A stretch of DNA of 64,000 nucleotides, taken from the NCBI GenBank assembly GCA_041496385.1, contig JBGQEL010000002.1, positions 54,969 to 118,968 of the forward strand, in the 5' to 3' direction. Under the pieces are notes generated by a model. It was not told the origin of the DNA. It worked only from the letters and a program-made list of their open reading frames with translations, and searched no databases. Positions 39,873-48,447 of this stretch are shown one piece after another; within the stretch, counting starts at the first letter, position 1, and the number at the start of each line of letters is the position of its first letter. The translations under genes and the position numbers were made by a program. Origin of the DNA: Candidatus Methylomirabilia bacterium (GTDB taxonomy: Bacteria; Methylomirabilota; Methylomirabilia; Rokubacteriales; CSP1-6).

Positions 39873-40096
39873 CCCTCTACTTCTTCGAGCGGATCACCGA
39901 TGACGACTTCATCGGGCCTGTCATCGTCGCCGCGCCCTCCGAGGGCGAGGCGTGGCTCGTGCTGGCGCAGCGCGAGCAACACGATATCGACGCGCTCCGC
40001 GACCTCGGCTGGCAGATCGCCCAGGACCTCGCGGCCCTGCCCTCCCGCGCGACGGTCGTCTACCCGAACCACTATCGCCGCGCGATCCTCGACTAG
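39869..40096 (+). CDS. Small hypothetical protein (75 aa)
   Basis: GTGA overlap; MTLYFFERITDDDFIGPVIVAAPSEGEAW...; host-like codon usage. Confidence 0.7.
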   Translation: MTLYFFERITDDDFIGPVIVAAPSEGEAWLVLAQREQHDIDALRDLGWQIAQDLAALPSRATVVYPNHYRRAILD

Positions 40097-40212
40097 CCTG
40101 GATTATTCATGAACGAGGATACCGATGTCGGACGGGTGGCGCCGCGGGCCTGTGCCCGCGCGGCCGGCGAAGTGGGCCTCGCGTGTGGTCGTTCTTGAAT
40201 AATCCGGGCTAG
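40093..40212. mobile_element. 120-bp MITE-like element with terminal inverted repeats, bounded by CTAG
   Basis: CTAGCCTGGATTATTCATGAACGA (40093-40116) vs TCGTTCTTGAATAATCCGGGCTAG (40189-40212): 22/24 complementary; AT-rich ends. Confidence 0.6.
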
Positions 40213-40970
40213 GCGCGCGGCTTTCGCGCCCGGATCTCCTCCATCGCCCGCCGGTGCTCGTCCGAGGCGAGACAGCCGGCGAAGAGCGTCTCCATCTCCT
40301 TCCGGAACGCGTCGAACTCGAGGTCGAAGGCTCGCGTGACGAGACGCTTGCTCGCCCGGGCGCTCGCGGGCGGGAGCGCCAGAAACCGCGCGATCGTCTC
40401 CTCGAGCACCTGGGCGAAGGCGGCCGCCGGCACGACGCGGTTCACGAGGCCGTAGCGCTCCGCCTCGCGGGCGGAGATCGGCTCGCCGAGCAGGATCAGC
40501 TCCTTGGCCCGCGCGAGCCCGATGAGCCGCGGCAGGCGGTAGAGCGACATGGATGGGATGAGGCACTCCTTCACGGCCGGCAGGCCGAGGAGCGCCTCCT
40601 CCGCGGCGAGCCGGTAGTCACAGACGAGCGCGAGCTGCAGGCCCCCGCCGAGGCAGTGGCCGTTGATCCCCGCGATGAAGAGCGTGTCCAGCCGCTCCAT
40701 CGCGATCATTGCGTCCTCCCAGGCGATGAAGTCCCCAAGGCCGAAGGCGCCGGCGGCGAGCGCGTTCAGATCCACGCCCGTCGAGAACGCGCGGCCGGCG
40801 CCCGTCACGACGACCACGCGCACCTCGGGACGCTCCGCCAGGAGCGCCACCGCGCGTGTCAGGTCGCGGACCCAGCGCGCGTCGCCGGCGTTCAGCACCT
40901 CGGGGCGCTCGAACCGCAGGCGCGCGACGGGACCGTCCAGCGCGAGGCGCATCGTTTCCAGGTCGGGCAT
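40209..40970 (-). CDS. Enoyl-CoA hydratase/isomerase family protein
   Basis: [38 protein letters not shown]. Confidence 0.9.
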   Translation of the reverse strand: MPDLETMRLALDGPVARLRFERPEVLNAGDARWVRDLTRAVALLAERPEVRVVVVTGAGRAFSTGVDLNALAAGAFGLGDFIAWEDAMIAMERLDTLFIAGINGHCLGGGLQLALVCDYRLAAEEALLGLPAVKECLIPSMSLYRLPRLIGLARAKELILLGEPISAREAERYGLVNRVVPAAAFAQVLEETIARFLALPPASARASKRLVTRAFDLEFDAFRKEMETLFAGCLASDEHRRAMEEIRARKPRA

Positions 40971-40986
40971 GCGCCCATGGTTTACC

Positions 40987-42042
40987 ATGAAAGGCCTCGT
41001 GACCTCCCTGATCGCGCTGCTGTGCCTCCTGGTCTTCACCAGCACCTTCGCCAGCGGCGGCTTCCCCGCCCTCCTTCCCGAGATCGGCCGGGCCGAGGCC
41101 CTGCACGACTGGCAGCTCGGCGCGGTCGCCGGCGCCTTCGGCTTCGCGCGCATGCTCGCCGACGTCCCGATCGGCCTCTTCCTCACGCATCACCTGAGGC
41201 GCGCGCTCGGGATGGCCAGCCTCACCGCCCTCCTCCGGTTCGGCGCGGGGCTCAGGCTCGCCTCATCGCTCAACGCCTTCGAGTTCTCCGCCATGCTGGG
41301 CTTCCTCGGCGGCACACTGCTGGTCGGGCTGCTCCCGGTGAGCGTCGGCTGGAGCACGGCGATCCTCTTCGCGTCCGCGCCGATGCTCCTCGGCGTCGCG
41401 GCGCTCCCCGCTCTTCTGCGCGCGCTGCTGGCGGCCGGCGCCGCCGGGCCCCGCCCGCTCTTCGCGCGGCACGCGGCGCCGGCCGGGACGGGCGCCCACG
41501 CGCCGATGACGCCCGCGGTCGTCCTCGCCTTCGCGGCGGGCGGGACCGTCGCCGCCACGTACTCGACCATCGAGCAGTTCATGCTCCCGCTCCGCGGCAG
41601 CCGCACGTTCGATCTCGAGCGCGCCGGCATCGCCCGCCTCCTGATGACCATGCAGATCAGCGACGTCGTCGCCCTCCTGCCCGTCGGGCTCCTGGCCGAC
41701 CGGGTCGGGGCGCCGCGCGTGCTGGGCGTGGTCCTGCTCCTGATGGCGGCGGCGACCGTGCTCGTCGCCTTCGGCGCGCTCCCCGTCGTCGCCGCGGGCT
41801 GCGTGCTCTTCGGCGTCGCCATGGCCGGCTGGATGCTGCCGCTCGGCGTGCTCCGGCGGGAGACCGCGCCCGAGCGCATCGCCTGGCGCACCGGGCTCTA
41901 CCGCGTCTTCGTGGACGGCGGGATGTTCCTCGGCCCCTTCGCGGCGGGCCTCGTCGGCGCGCGCCTCGCCCCGCACCTGGGCGCGGTCTGCGCGGTCGCC
42001 CTCGCCGTGACGGGCGCGCTCTTCCTCGCGGGGCGGCGCTGA
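40987..42042 (+). CDS. MFS transporter (short; may lack two N-terminal-half helices)
   Basis: Hydrophobic ~350 aa, [23 protein letters not shown]. Start 40987 or GTG 40999. Confidence 0.78.
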   Translation: MKGLVTSLIALLCLLVFTSTFASGGFPALLPEIGRAEALHDWQLGAVAGAFGFARMLADVPIGLFLTHHLRRALGMASLTALLRFGAGLRLASSLNAFEFSAMLGFLGGTLLVGLLPVSVGWSTAILFASAPMLLGVAALPALLRALLAAGAAGPRPLFARHAAPAGTGAHAPMTPAVVLAFAAGGTVAATYSTIEQFMLPLRGSRTFDLERAGIARLLMTMQISDVVALLPVGLLADRVGAPRVLGVVLLLMAAATVLVAFGALPVVAAGCVLFGVAMAGWMLPLGVLRRETAPERIAWRTGLYRVFVDGGMFLGPFAAGLVGARLAPHLGAVCAVALAVTGALFLAGRR

Positions 42043-42043
42043 C

Positions 42044-42406
42044 GTGGCCGACGCCGGGCTCGTCTTCGCGTGCGCGGGCTGCTGCTGCGGCCATCCCGAC
42101 ACGAACGGCAGCGCGCGGATCTCCAAGCCCGTCTGGCGCCGCGCGTTCGAGGCCGCGGGCCTCGCCGGACGCGTCAGGTTCGCGTTCACCGAGTGCCTCG
42201 GCCCCTGCAGCGAGGCCAACGTCGTGTTCCTCTACCTCCACGGCCGCGCGCGGTGGTTCCGGCGGGTCAACTCCGTGGAGCTCTTCGCGACGCTGCTCGG
42301 GTACGCGCGGGCGGCGGCCGACGCCCCCGACGCGGTCGAGCCGCCCGCGCTCGCCGAGCGCTCGTTCTCGTGGACCGGTGGCGGCGTCGGGCCGGAGCCG
42401 GTATAA
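42044..42406 (+). CDS. Thioredoxin-like [2Fe-2S] ferredoxin-domain protein
   Basis: CAGCCCG ... [13 protein letters not shown]. Confidence 0.72.
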   Translation: MADAGLVFACAGCCCGHPDTNGSARISKPVWRRAFEAAGLAGRVRFAFTECLGPCSEANVVFLYLHGRARWFRRVNSVELFATLLGYARAAADAPDAVEPPALAERSFSWTGGGVGPEPV

Positions 42407-42416
42407 GGAGATCACC

Positions 42417-43214
42417 ATGGACTACGCCGACTACCGCCACCTCGTCTTCGATCGGAGAACCGACGGCGTCCTGCTGATCACGATCAATCGCCCCGACGTC
42501 ATGAACGCCACCAACGCGCGCCTGCACTGGGAGCTCACGCAGGTCTGGCTCACCGTCGACGCCGACCCGCAGGTCCGCGTCGCGGTCGTGACGGGCGCCG
42601 GCAAGGCCTTCTCGGCCGGCGGCGACATGGCGCTGGTCGAGGAGATGGCGGGCAACCCCGAGGCCGCCGCGCGCACGATGCGCGAGGCCTCGGACCTCGT
42701 CTACAACATCGTGAACCTCGACAAGCCCGTCGTCTCCGCGATCAACGGCGTCGCCGTCGGCGCGGGGCTCGTCGTCGCGCTCCTCGCCGACGTCAGCATC
42801 ATCGCGGAGACCGCGCGCCTCACCGACGGCCACACGCGCCTCGGCGTCGTCGCGGGCGACCACGCGGCGCTCATCTGGCCGCTCCTCTGCGGCATGGCGA
42901 AGGCGAAGTACTACCTGCTCACCGCGGAGTTTCTCGACGGGCGGGAGGCCGAGCGCATCGGCCTCGTGAGCCTCTGCGTGCCGTCGGCCGAGGTGCTCCC
43001 GAAGGCGCTCGAGGTCGCGGGCCGGCTTGCGCGGGGGAGCCAGCCCGCGATCCGCTGGACCAAGCGCGCGCTCAACAACTGGCTCCGCCAGGCGGGCCCG
43101 ATCTTCGACCAGTCGCTCGCCCTCGAGATGCTCACGTTCTCGCAGCCGGACGTCCTCGAGGGCGTCCGCGCGATCCGCGAGAAGCGCGCGCCCGTCTTTC
43201 CGTCCGCGCGCTGA
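42417..43214 (+). CDS. Enoyl-CoA hydratase/isomerase family protein
   Basis: [48 protein letters not shown]. Confidence 0.92.
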   Translation: MDYADYRHLVFDRRTDGVLLITINRPDVMNATNARLHWELTQVWLTVDADPQVRVAVVTGAGKAFSAGGDMALVEEMAGNPEAAARTMREASDLVYNIVNLDKPVVSAINGVAVGAGLVVALLADVSIIAETARLTDGHTRLGVVAGDHAALIWPLLCGMAKAKYYLLTAEFLDGREAERIGLVSLCVPSAEVLPKALEVAGRLARGSQPAIRWTKRALNNWLRQAGPIFDQSLALEMLTFSQPDVLEGVRAIREKRAPVFPSAR

Positions 43215-43230
43215 GAGGGGGCGCCACGCG

Positions 43231-44313
43231 ATGACCTGGACACCGCCGCCCGCCCGCGCGGGCCATCCCTACTACATGCACGACGCGATCTACGCCCAGC
43301 CGGGCGCGCTCCGGCTCGTCACGCGCGGCCAGGGCGAGGTGCTCGAGGCCGCCGCAGCGCGCCTCGCCGCCGCCGAGAGAGTGATCCTCTCGGGCATCGG
43401 CACGTCCTGGCACGCCGCGCTCGTCGGCGAGCTCCTGTTCGCCCACGCGGGGCGCCTCGGGCATCGCGCGCGCGCCTTCCACTCGTTCGAGCTCGCGGGC
43501 TACTGGCCCGACGCGGGCGCGGGGAGCGCCGTCGTGGTCGTGAGCCACCGCGGCAGCAAGCGCTATTCGGTCGAGGCGCTCGGGCGGGCGAAGGCAGGCG
43601 GGGGCGCGAGCGTGGCCGTCACCGGCAAGGGCTCGGACGGGCTCGACGCGGCCGACCACGTCCTCCGCACCGTCGACCAGGAGCGCTCGGCCTGCCACAC
43701 GGTGAGCTACACGACCGCCCTCGCGCTCCTCGCCACCCTCGCCGCGACGATGGGCAAGCAGGAAAATATCCTCCACGAGCTGCAGGAGATCCCCGACATG
43801 CTGGCGTTCCTTCTCGGCCAGGAGTCGTGGGAGGAGCTGGCGACGCGCTTCGCCGGGCGCCGCCGCTACTGGTTCGTCGGCGGCGGGCCCAACACGGCGA
43901 CGGCGTACGAGGCGGCGCTCAAGCTGAGCGAGGCGGGCCACGCGACCGCGCTCGGCGTGAACTGCGAGCAGTTCCTCCACGGCACCTGGGCCGCGCTCGA
44001 TGCCGAGGACGTCGTCGTCCTGATCGCGCCGCCCGGGCCCGCGCACGCGCGCTGCCTCGACGTGGCGCGCGTCGCGAAGGAGATCGGCGCGCCCGTCGTG
44101 GCGCTGCTCCGGGAGGACGACCGCGAGATCGCGCCGCTCGCGACGGAGACGATCGCGATCCCGCCGGTGCTCGAGCTGCTCTCGCCGATCCTCACGATCG
44201 TGCCGCTCCAACTCCTGATCTACCACCTGGCGCTCGGCCGCGGCGCGAACCCCCACGCGATGCGCGGCGACCAGCCGGCGCACGGGCGGGCGCGCGCCGG
44301 CCTCGCGCTCTAG
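43231..44313 (+). CDS. Tandem SIS-domain protein (GlmS isomerase-domain/FrlB-like)
   Basis: GIGTSWHAA, VSHRG, HTVSYT, AYEAALKLSE, EQFLHG; no glutaminase domain. Confidence 0.85.
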   Translation: MTWTPPPARAGHPYYMHDAIYAQPGALRLVTRGQGEVLEAAAARLAAAERVILSGIGTSWHAALVGELLFAHAGRLGHRARAFHSFELAGYWPDAGAGSAVVVVSHRGSKRYSVEALGRAKAGGGASVAVTGKGSDGLDAADHVLRTVDQERSACHTVSYTTALALLATLAATMGKQENILHELQEIPDMLAFLLGQESWEELATRFAGRRRYWFVGGGPNTATAYEAALKLSEAGHATALGVNCEQFLHGTWAALDAEDVVVLIAPPGPAHARCLDVARVAKEIGAPVVALLREDDREIAPLATETIAIPPVLELLSPILTIVPLQLLIYHLALGRGANPHAMRGDQPAHGRARAGLAL

Positions 44314-44570
44314 ACCCGGTGACGCGTGCCCCGCGAGGCGATGGGACATGAGCGGGCTACTGGGGCGGTGACGCCTCGATTCGGCGGCTCACCGACGCGC
44401 GGCGCGCCATCGCCGGGCGCCGGGTCTGGTCGCGAGCGTGTGGGTATCCCCTTATCGTCGCGGGTCAAACTGTTGCGGTCTCTTCTTCGCCTTCGCGGCT
44501 CCACCCTCCGGCACCCTCCTTGCAACTTCGAGGGGGCCTGGTGACAACCTCAGGGCATGGAGAATCGCCG

Positions 44571-45203
44571 ATGTCGAGCGAGCGGCCGGACGCCCGTCAA
44601 TTGGACTTCCAGGCGCTCTACGACGAGTTCCAGCCAAGGATCCGTCGCTACTTGAGCCGACTGGTCGGAACGAGCGAGGCCGAGGATCTGACCCAAGAGG
44701 TGTTCGCCAAGGTCAGCCGGGCGCTCCCCGGGTTCAGAGGCAACTCCAAGGTGTCCACGTGGCTCTACCGGATCGCGACGAACACCGCGTACGACCGATT
44801 CCGGAGCCCCTCTACCCGGCGGGCGGACGAGGTGCCGCTCGACGGTCCGACAGCCGAGAGGGAACAGCCGCCGGGCATCGAGCAGGACCTGGTTCGCCAC
44901 GAAGTCAACGCCTGCATCCGTCAGTACATCGACGCCCTTCCGCCGAGCTATCGATCGGTCGTGATTCTCAGCGAGCACGAGGGGCTGACCAATCAGGAGA
45001 TCGCCGAGGCGCTCGGCGTCAGCCTGGACACCGTCAAGATCAGGCTCCATCGAGCTCGGGGCAGACTCAAGAGAGATCTCGGCGACGGCTGCGATCTCTA
45101 TCGGGACGAGCGAGGCGAGCTGGCCTGCGAGCGAAGGGCGGATGCCGTATCCCGCATCGTCGGAGCTCCGTCTATAGAGCCGAAGACGGGGGGCCGGCCA
45201 TGA
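44571..45203 (+). CDS. ECF RNA polymerase sigma factor with a Cys-containing C-terminal extension
   Basis: EAEDLTQEVF, STWLYRIATN, EIAEALGVSLDTVKIRLHRAR, tail CDLYRDERGELAC. Confidence 0.9.
   Translation: MSSERPDARQLDFQALYDEFQPRIRRYLSRLVGTSEAEDLTQEVFAKVSRALPGFRGNSKVSTWLYRIATNTAYDRFRSPSTRRADEVPLDGPTAEREQPPGIEQDLVRHEVNACIRQYIDALPPSYRSVVILSEHEGLTNQEIAEALGVSLDTVKIRLHRARGRLKRDLGDGCDLYRDERGELACERRADAVSRIVGAPSIEPKTGGRP
45147..45174 (+). promoter_or_regulatory. Putative ECF-type promoter inside the sigma gene 3' end
   Basis: GTATCC-N16-CGTCTA; CGTC is a typical ECF -10. Confidence 0.4.
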
Positions 45204-45248
45204 AGAGTCGGTCCCCTGCCGTGGTCGCGGCGAAGGGAGGAATCACTC

Positions 45249-45479
45249 ATGTGGGGACCGTGGGCAACACCGGCGTGGGGCTTCTGGTGGATCTTCCCGC
45301 TGATCGGCTTCCTGATCTGTGTCGGATTCTTCGTCGTGGCCGTCCGCGCCATGAGCGCGGGGCGCGGGTTCATGTGCATGGGTGGACACCAGGCGACGGC
45401 TCCCGATCAGGTCGCGGAGTTGCGTCGCGAGATCCACGCGCTCCGCGAGGAGATCAGACAGCTCAAGACGTCTCGGTGA
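45249..45479 (+). CDS. Small membrane protein (one TM helix plus coiled-coil tail)
   Basis: GGGAGG RBS; WGFWWIFPLIGFLICVGFFVVAV, MCMGGH, VAELRREIHALREEIRQL. Confidence 0.8.
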   Translation: MWGPWATPAWGFWWIFPLIGFLICVGFFVVAVRAMSAGRGFMCMGGHQATAPDQVAELRREIHALREEIRQLKTSR

Positions 45480-45483
45480 CCAA

Positions 45484-46788
45484 TCAGAGCGCGGCCAGGA
45501 GTCCCGGCAGGACGGGCGGGCCGGCCTCCTCGATCTCGTAGCGCGCCCGGGCGACGGGATGGCGGACGGCGAGGCTGCGCCGGAGGTCGAGCGGCGTGCC
45601 GAGGAGAACCGTGTCGCACTCGACGGCGTCGATCGTCGCCCGGAGCTCCGCCATCTGGGCGGCGCCATAGCCCACCGCCGGGAGCACGGGACCGAGCCCC
45701 GGGTACGCGCGGAACATCTCGTCGATGCTCCCGCGCGCGTACGGACGCGGATCCACGAGCGTCGCGCCGAGCTGGCGCGCGGCGAGCGCCGCGGCGCCCA
45801 CCGGCATGCCCCCGTGGGTGAGCGTCGGGCCGTCCTCGACCGCGAGCACGCGCCGCCCGCGCACGAGCTCGGGCGCGTCCACGGTGATCGGCATCCGCGT
45901 GTCCACGACGCGGGCGCGCGGGTTGAGCGCGCCGATCGCGGCGCGAACGGCCGCGAGGCCGTCCGCCGGCGCCGTGTCCTCCTTCACGATCACCGCGACG
46001 TCGGCCGCACGGAGGTTCGCCTCGCCAGGGTGATAGCGCGACTCGTGACCTGCGCGGTGAGGATCGACGAGCACGAGGTGGAGCGCGGGAACGAAGAAGG
46101 GCAGGTCGTTGTTGCCGCCGTCCCAGACGATCACGTCGGCGTCGGCCTCGGCGCGCGCGAGGATCGCGGCGTAGTCCACGCCCGTCAGCACGACCGAGCC
46201 CGCCTCGATGTGGGGCTCGTACTCCTCGCGCTCCTCGAGGGTCACCCCGGCGCGATCGAGATCGGCGAAGGTCGCGAACCGCTGGACCCGCTCGGCGAGG
46301 AGGTCGCCGTAGGGCATCGGGTGGCGCACGACCGCGACCCGCCGGCCGCGCGCCCGCAGCAACCCGACGACGTGACGGCTCATCGCGCTCTTGCCGCAAC
46401 CGGTGCGGACGGCGCAGACGGCCACGACCGGCCTCGACGCCGGCAGCATCGTGCGCCGCCCGCCGAGGAGGGCCCAGTCGGCGCCACACGCGAGCACGCG
46501 GCTCGCGAGGTGCATGACCTGCTCGTGGCTCACGTCGCTGTAGGCGAACACGGCCTGCTCCACGCCGCGCTCCCGGATCAGAGCCTCGAGCCGTGCCTCG
46601 GGCTCGATGGGGATGCCCGCGGGATAGCGGGGTCCGGCGAGCTCGGGCGGGTAGCGTCGCCCGGCGATGCCGGGGATCTGCGCCGCCGTGAACGCGACCA
46701 CCTCGACCCCTGGATCGTCGCGGAACGCGACGTTGAAGTTGTGGAAGTCGCGCCCCGCCGCGCCGAGGATCAGGACGCGGACGGGCAC
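45484..46788 (-). CDS. P-loop NTPase of the cyclic-2,3-diphosphoglycerate synthetase-like family (COG2403-type)
   Basis: GAAGRDFHNFN, AVRTGCGKS, RHPMPYG, EEREEYEPH, WDGGNND, EDGPTLTHGGM; GTG at 46788. Confidence 0.82.
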   Translation of the reverse strand: MPVRVLILGAAGRDFHNFNVAFRDDPGVEVVAFTAAQIPGIAGRRYPPELAGPRYPAGIPIEPEARLEALIRERGVEQAVFAYSDVSHEQVMHLASRVLACGADWALLGGRRTMLPASRPVVAVCAVRTGCGKSAMSRHVVGLLRARGRRVAVVRHPMPYGDLLAERVQRFATFADLDRAGVTLEEREEYEPHIEAGSVVLTGVDYAAILARAEADADVIVWDGGNNDLPFFVPALHLVLVDPHRAGHESRYHPGEANLRAADVAVIVKEDTAPADGLAAVRAAIGALNPRARVVDTRMPITVDAPELVRGRRVLAVEDGPTLTHGGMPVGAAALAARQLGATLVDPRPYARGSIDEMFRAYPGLGPVLPAVGYGAAQMAELRATIDAVECDTVLLGTPLDLRRSLAVRHPVARARYEIEEAGPPVLPGLLAAL

Positions 46789-46789
46789 G

Positions 46790-48253
46790 TCAGGGCTGCG
46801 AGCGCGGCGCGGGCCCGTCGGGCCTGGGGCCGCCGCGCCCACGGCGGCGCCGCCGTCGAGGGCGCCGCTCGCCTTCTCCCGCCGCGCCCGGTCCCGCGGC
46901 GGGCTCGGCCGGCCGGGCCGGGGCCGCCGGGCGCGGCGGCGGCGCGGGATGCGCCGGGGCCGGGTGCGGCCGCTCGGGCCGGCCGTGCTCGCGACCGCCG
47001 CCTCGGCGGCCGCGGTCGCCGAAGCGGTCGCGGGCCGCGAGCCGGGCCCGGCGCTCGTCGGCGTAGCGGCGACGCTCCTCGGCCGACGGCTTGATCTCGG
47101 GCAGGTACCCGTCGTCATCGACCCACTCCACGGGAATCTTCTGGCCGATGAACTTCTCGATCGCCTCGAGGTTGAGCGCGCTCGCCTCGTCCACGAGGCT
47201 GATCGCCTTGCCGCCCGCGCCCGCGCGCGCGGTGCGGCCGATGCGGTGGACGTAGTCCTCGGCGTCCTGGGGCAGGTCCCAGTTGATGACGTGGCTCACC
47301 GCCTCGATGTGCAGGCCGCGCGAGGCGACGTCGGTCGCGACCAGGACCGGGAGCTGCCCCTCCTTGAAGTCGTTGAGGATCTTGAGCCGCTTCTTCTGAT
47401 CCACGTCGCCCGTCAGCGCGCGGGTCTCGTGGCCGTTGCGCGTGAGCCGGTCCTCGAGCCGCCGCGCCTCCTCGCGCGTGTTCGAGAAGATCAGGATCCG
47501 GTCGCCGCCCTCGCGGCGGAGGAGCCCGAGGAGCAGCGCGAACTTCTCCTCGCGTCCCACGTGGTAGAGCGACTGCTCCACGCGCTCCGCCGTCTTCTGC
47601 TGGGGCATGATCGTGATCTGCGACGGGTTGTTCATGAACTCCCAGGTCAGCTCGAGCACCCGGAACGAGAGCGTCGCCGAGAACAGGAACGACTGGCGGC
47701 GGTCGTGCGGCGGCAGCCGGCGCAGGATGAACCGGAGATCGGCGATGAAGCCCATGTCGAACATCCGGTCCGCCTCGTCGATGACGAGCACCTCGATGTT
47801 CCTGGGCGTCCACACACGCTGCTTCAGGTAGTCGATGAGCCGGCCCGGCGTGCCCACCAGAAGGTCGCAGCCCGCCGCCAGGGTCTCGCGCTGCTTGGCG
47901 TAGTCGATGCCGCCGTAGACCGCCTGGATCCGGAACGGCGTGAACCGGCCGAGCAGCTTCGCGTCGGACTCGATCTGGACGACGAGCTCGCGCGTCGGCG
48001 CGATGACGAGCATCCGCGGCGCGCCCGTGCCGGCGGGCCCCGGCGGGGGCGCGGGCGTGTGCAGCATGCGGGTGAACGCGGCGATCAGGAACGCCGCGGT
48101 CTTGCCCGTGCCCGTCTGCGACTGCCCCGCGACGTCCTTGCCCTTGAGGGCGAGCGGCAGCGCCGCCTCCTGGATCGGCGTCGCGGTGACGAACCCCGCC
48201 TCGCGGATCCCCTGCATGACGGGTTCGGGCAGGCCGAGCGACGTGAAGTCCAT
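46790..48253 (-). CDS. DEAD-box RNA helicase (RhlB/RhlE-like)
   Basis: Q motif, SQTGTGKT, PTRELV, DEAD, SAT, HRIGRTAR; basic disordered tail. Confidence 0.94.
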   Translation of the reverse strand: MDFTSLGLPEPVMQGIREAGFVTATPIQEAALPLALKGKDVAGQSQTGTGKTAAFLIAAFTRMLHTPAPPPGPAGTGAPRMLVIAPTRELVVQIESDAKLLGRFTPFRIQAVYGGIDYAKQRETLAAGCDLLVGTPGRLIDYLKQRVWTPRNIEVLVIDEADRMFDMGFIADLRFILRRLPPHDRRQSFLFSATLSFRVLELTWEFMNNPSQITIMPQQKTAERVEQSLYHVGREEKFALLLGLLRREGGDRILIFSNTREEARRLEDRLTRNGHETRALTGDVDQKKRLKILNDFKEGQLPVLVATDVASRGLHIEAVSHVINWDLPQDAEDYVHRIGRTARAGAGGKAISLVDEASALNLEAIEKFIGQKIPVEWVDDDGYLPEIKPSAEERRRYADERRARLAARDRFGDRGRRGGGREHGRPERPHPAPAHPAPPPRPAAPARPAEPAAGPGAAGEGERRPRRRRRRGRGGPRPDGPAPRSQP

Positions 48254-48270
48254 TTATCTGAGCGTGAGGA

Positions 48271-48431
48271 CGCAACCCTCGTGGGTGGCCTGAGAGAGAT
48301 GCGTTACACAGGGCACGGCGCAACCCACGTGGGTGGCCTGAGAAAGACGCGTCCCACAGGGCATGGCGCGACCCACGTGGGTGGCCTGAGAGAGACGCGC
48401 TGCATACCTTCCTGCGCAACCCGCGTGGGGG
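48271..48431. repeat. ~3.3 tandem copies of a 48-bp unit with a palindromic core
   Basis: Units start at 48271, 48319, 48367, 48415; core CGCAACCCACGTGGGTGGCCTGAGAGAGACGCG plus 15 more variable bases. Confidence 0.88.
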
Positions 48432-48447
48432 GCCGGGTGTGTGGGCG

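Noticed and set aside
44311..44429. Imperfect inverted repeat after the SIS gene (AGACCCGG/CCGGGTCT, GGCGATGG/CCATCGCC)
   Set aside because: Arms are short and interrupted in very GC-rich DNA; could be a terminator or decayed element but cannot be supported.
48271..48431. CRISPR interpretation of the 48-bp array
   Set aside because: Variable parts are only 15 bp and two resemble each other, repeats are degenerate, and no cas genes are in the window.
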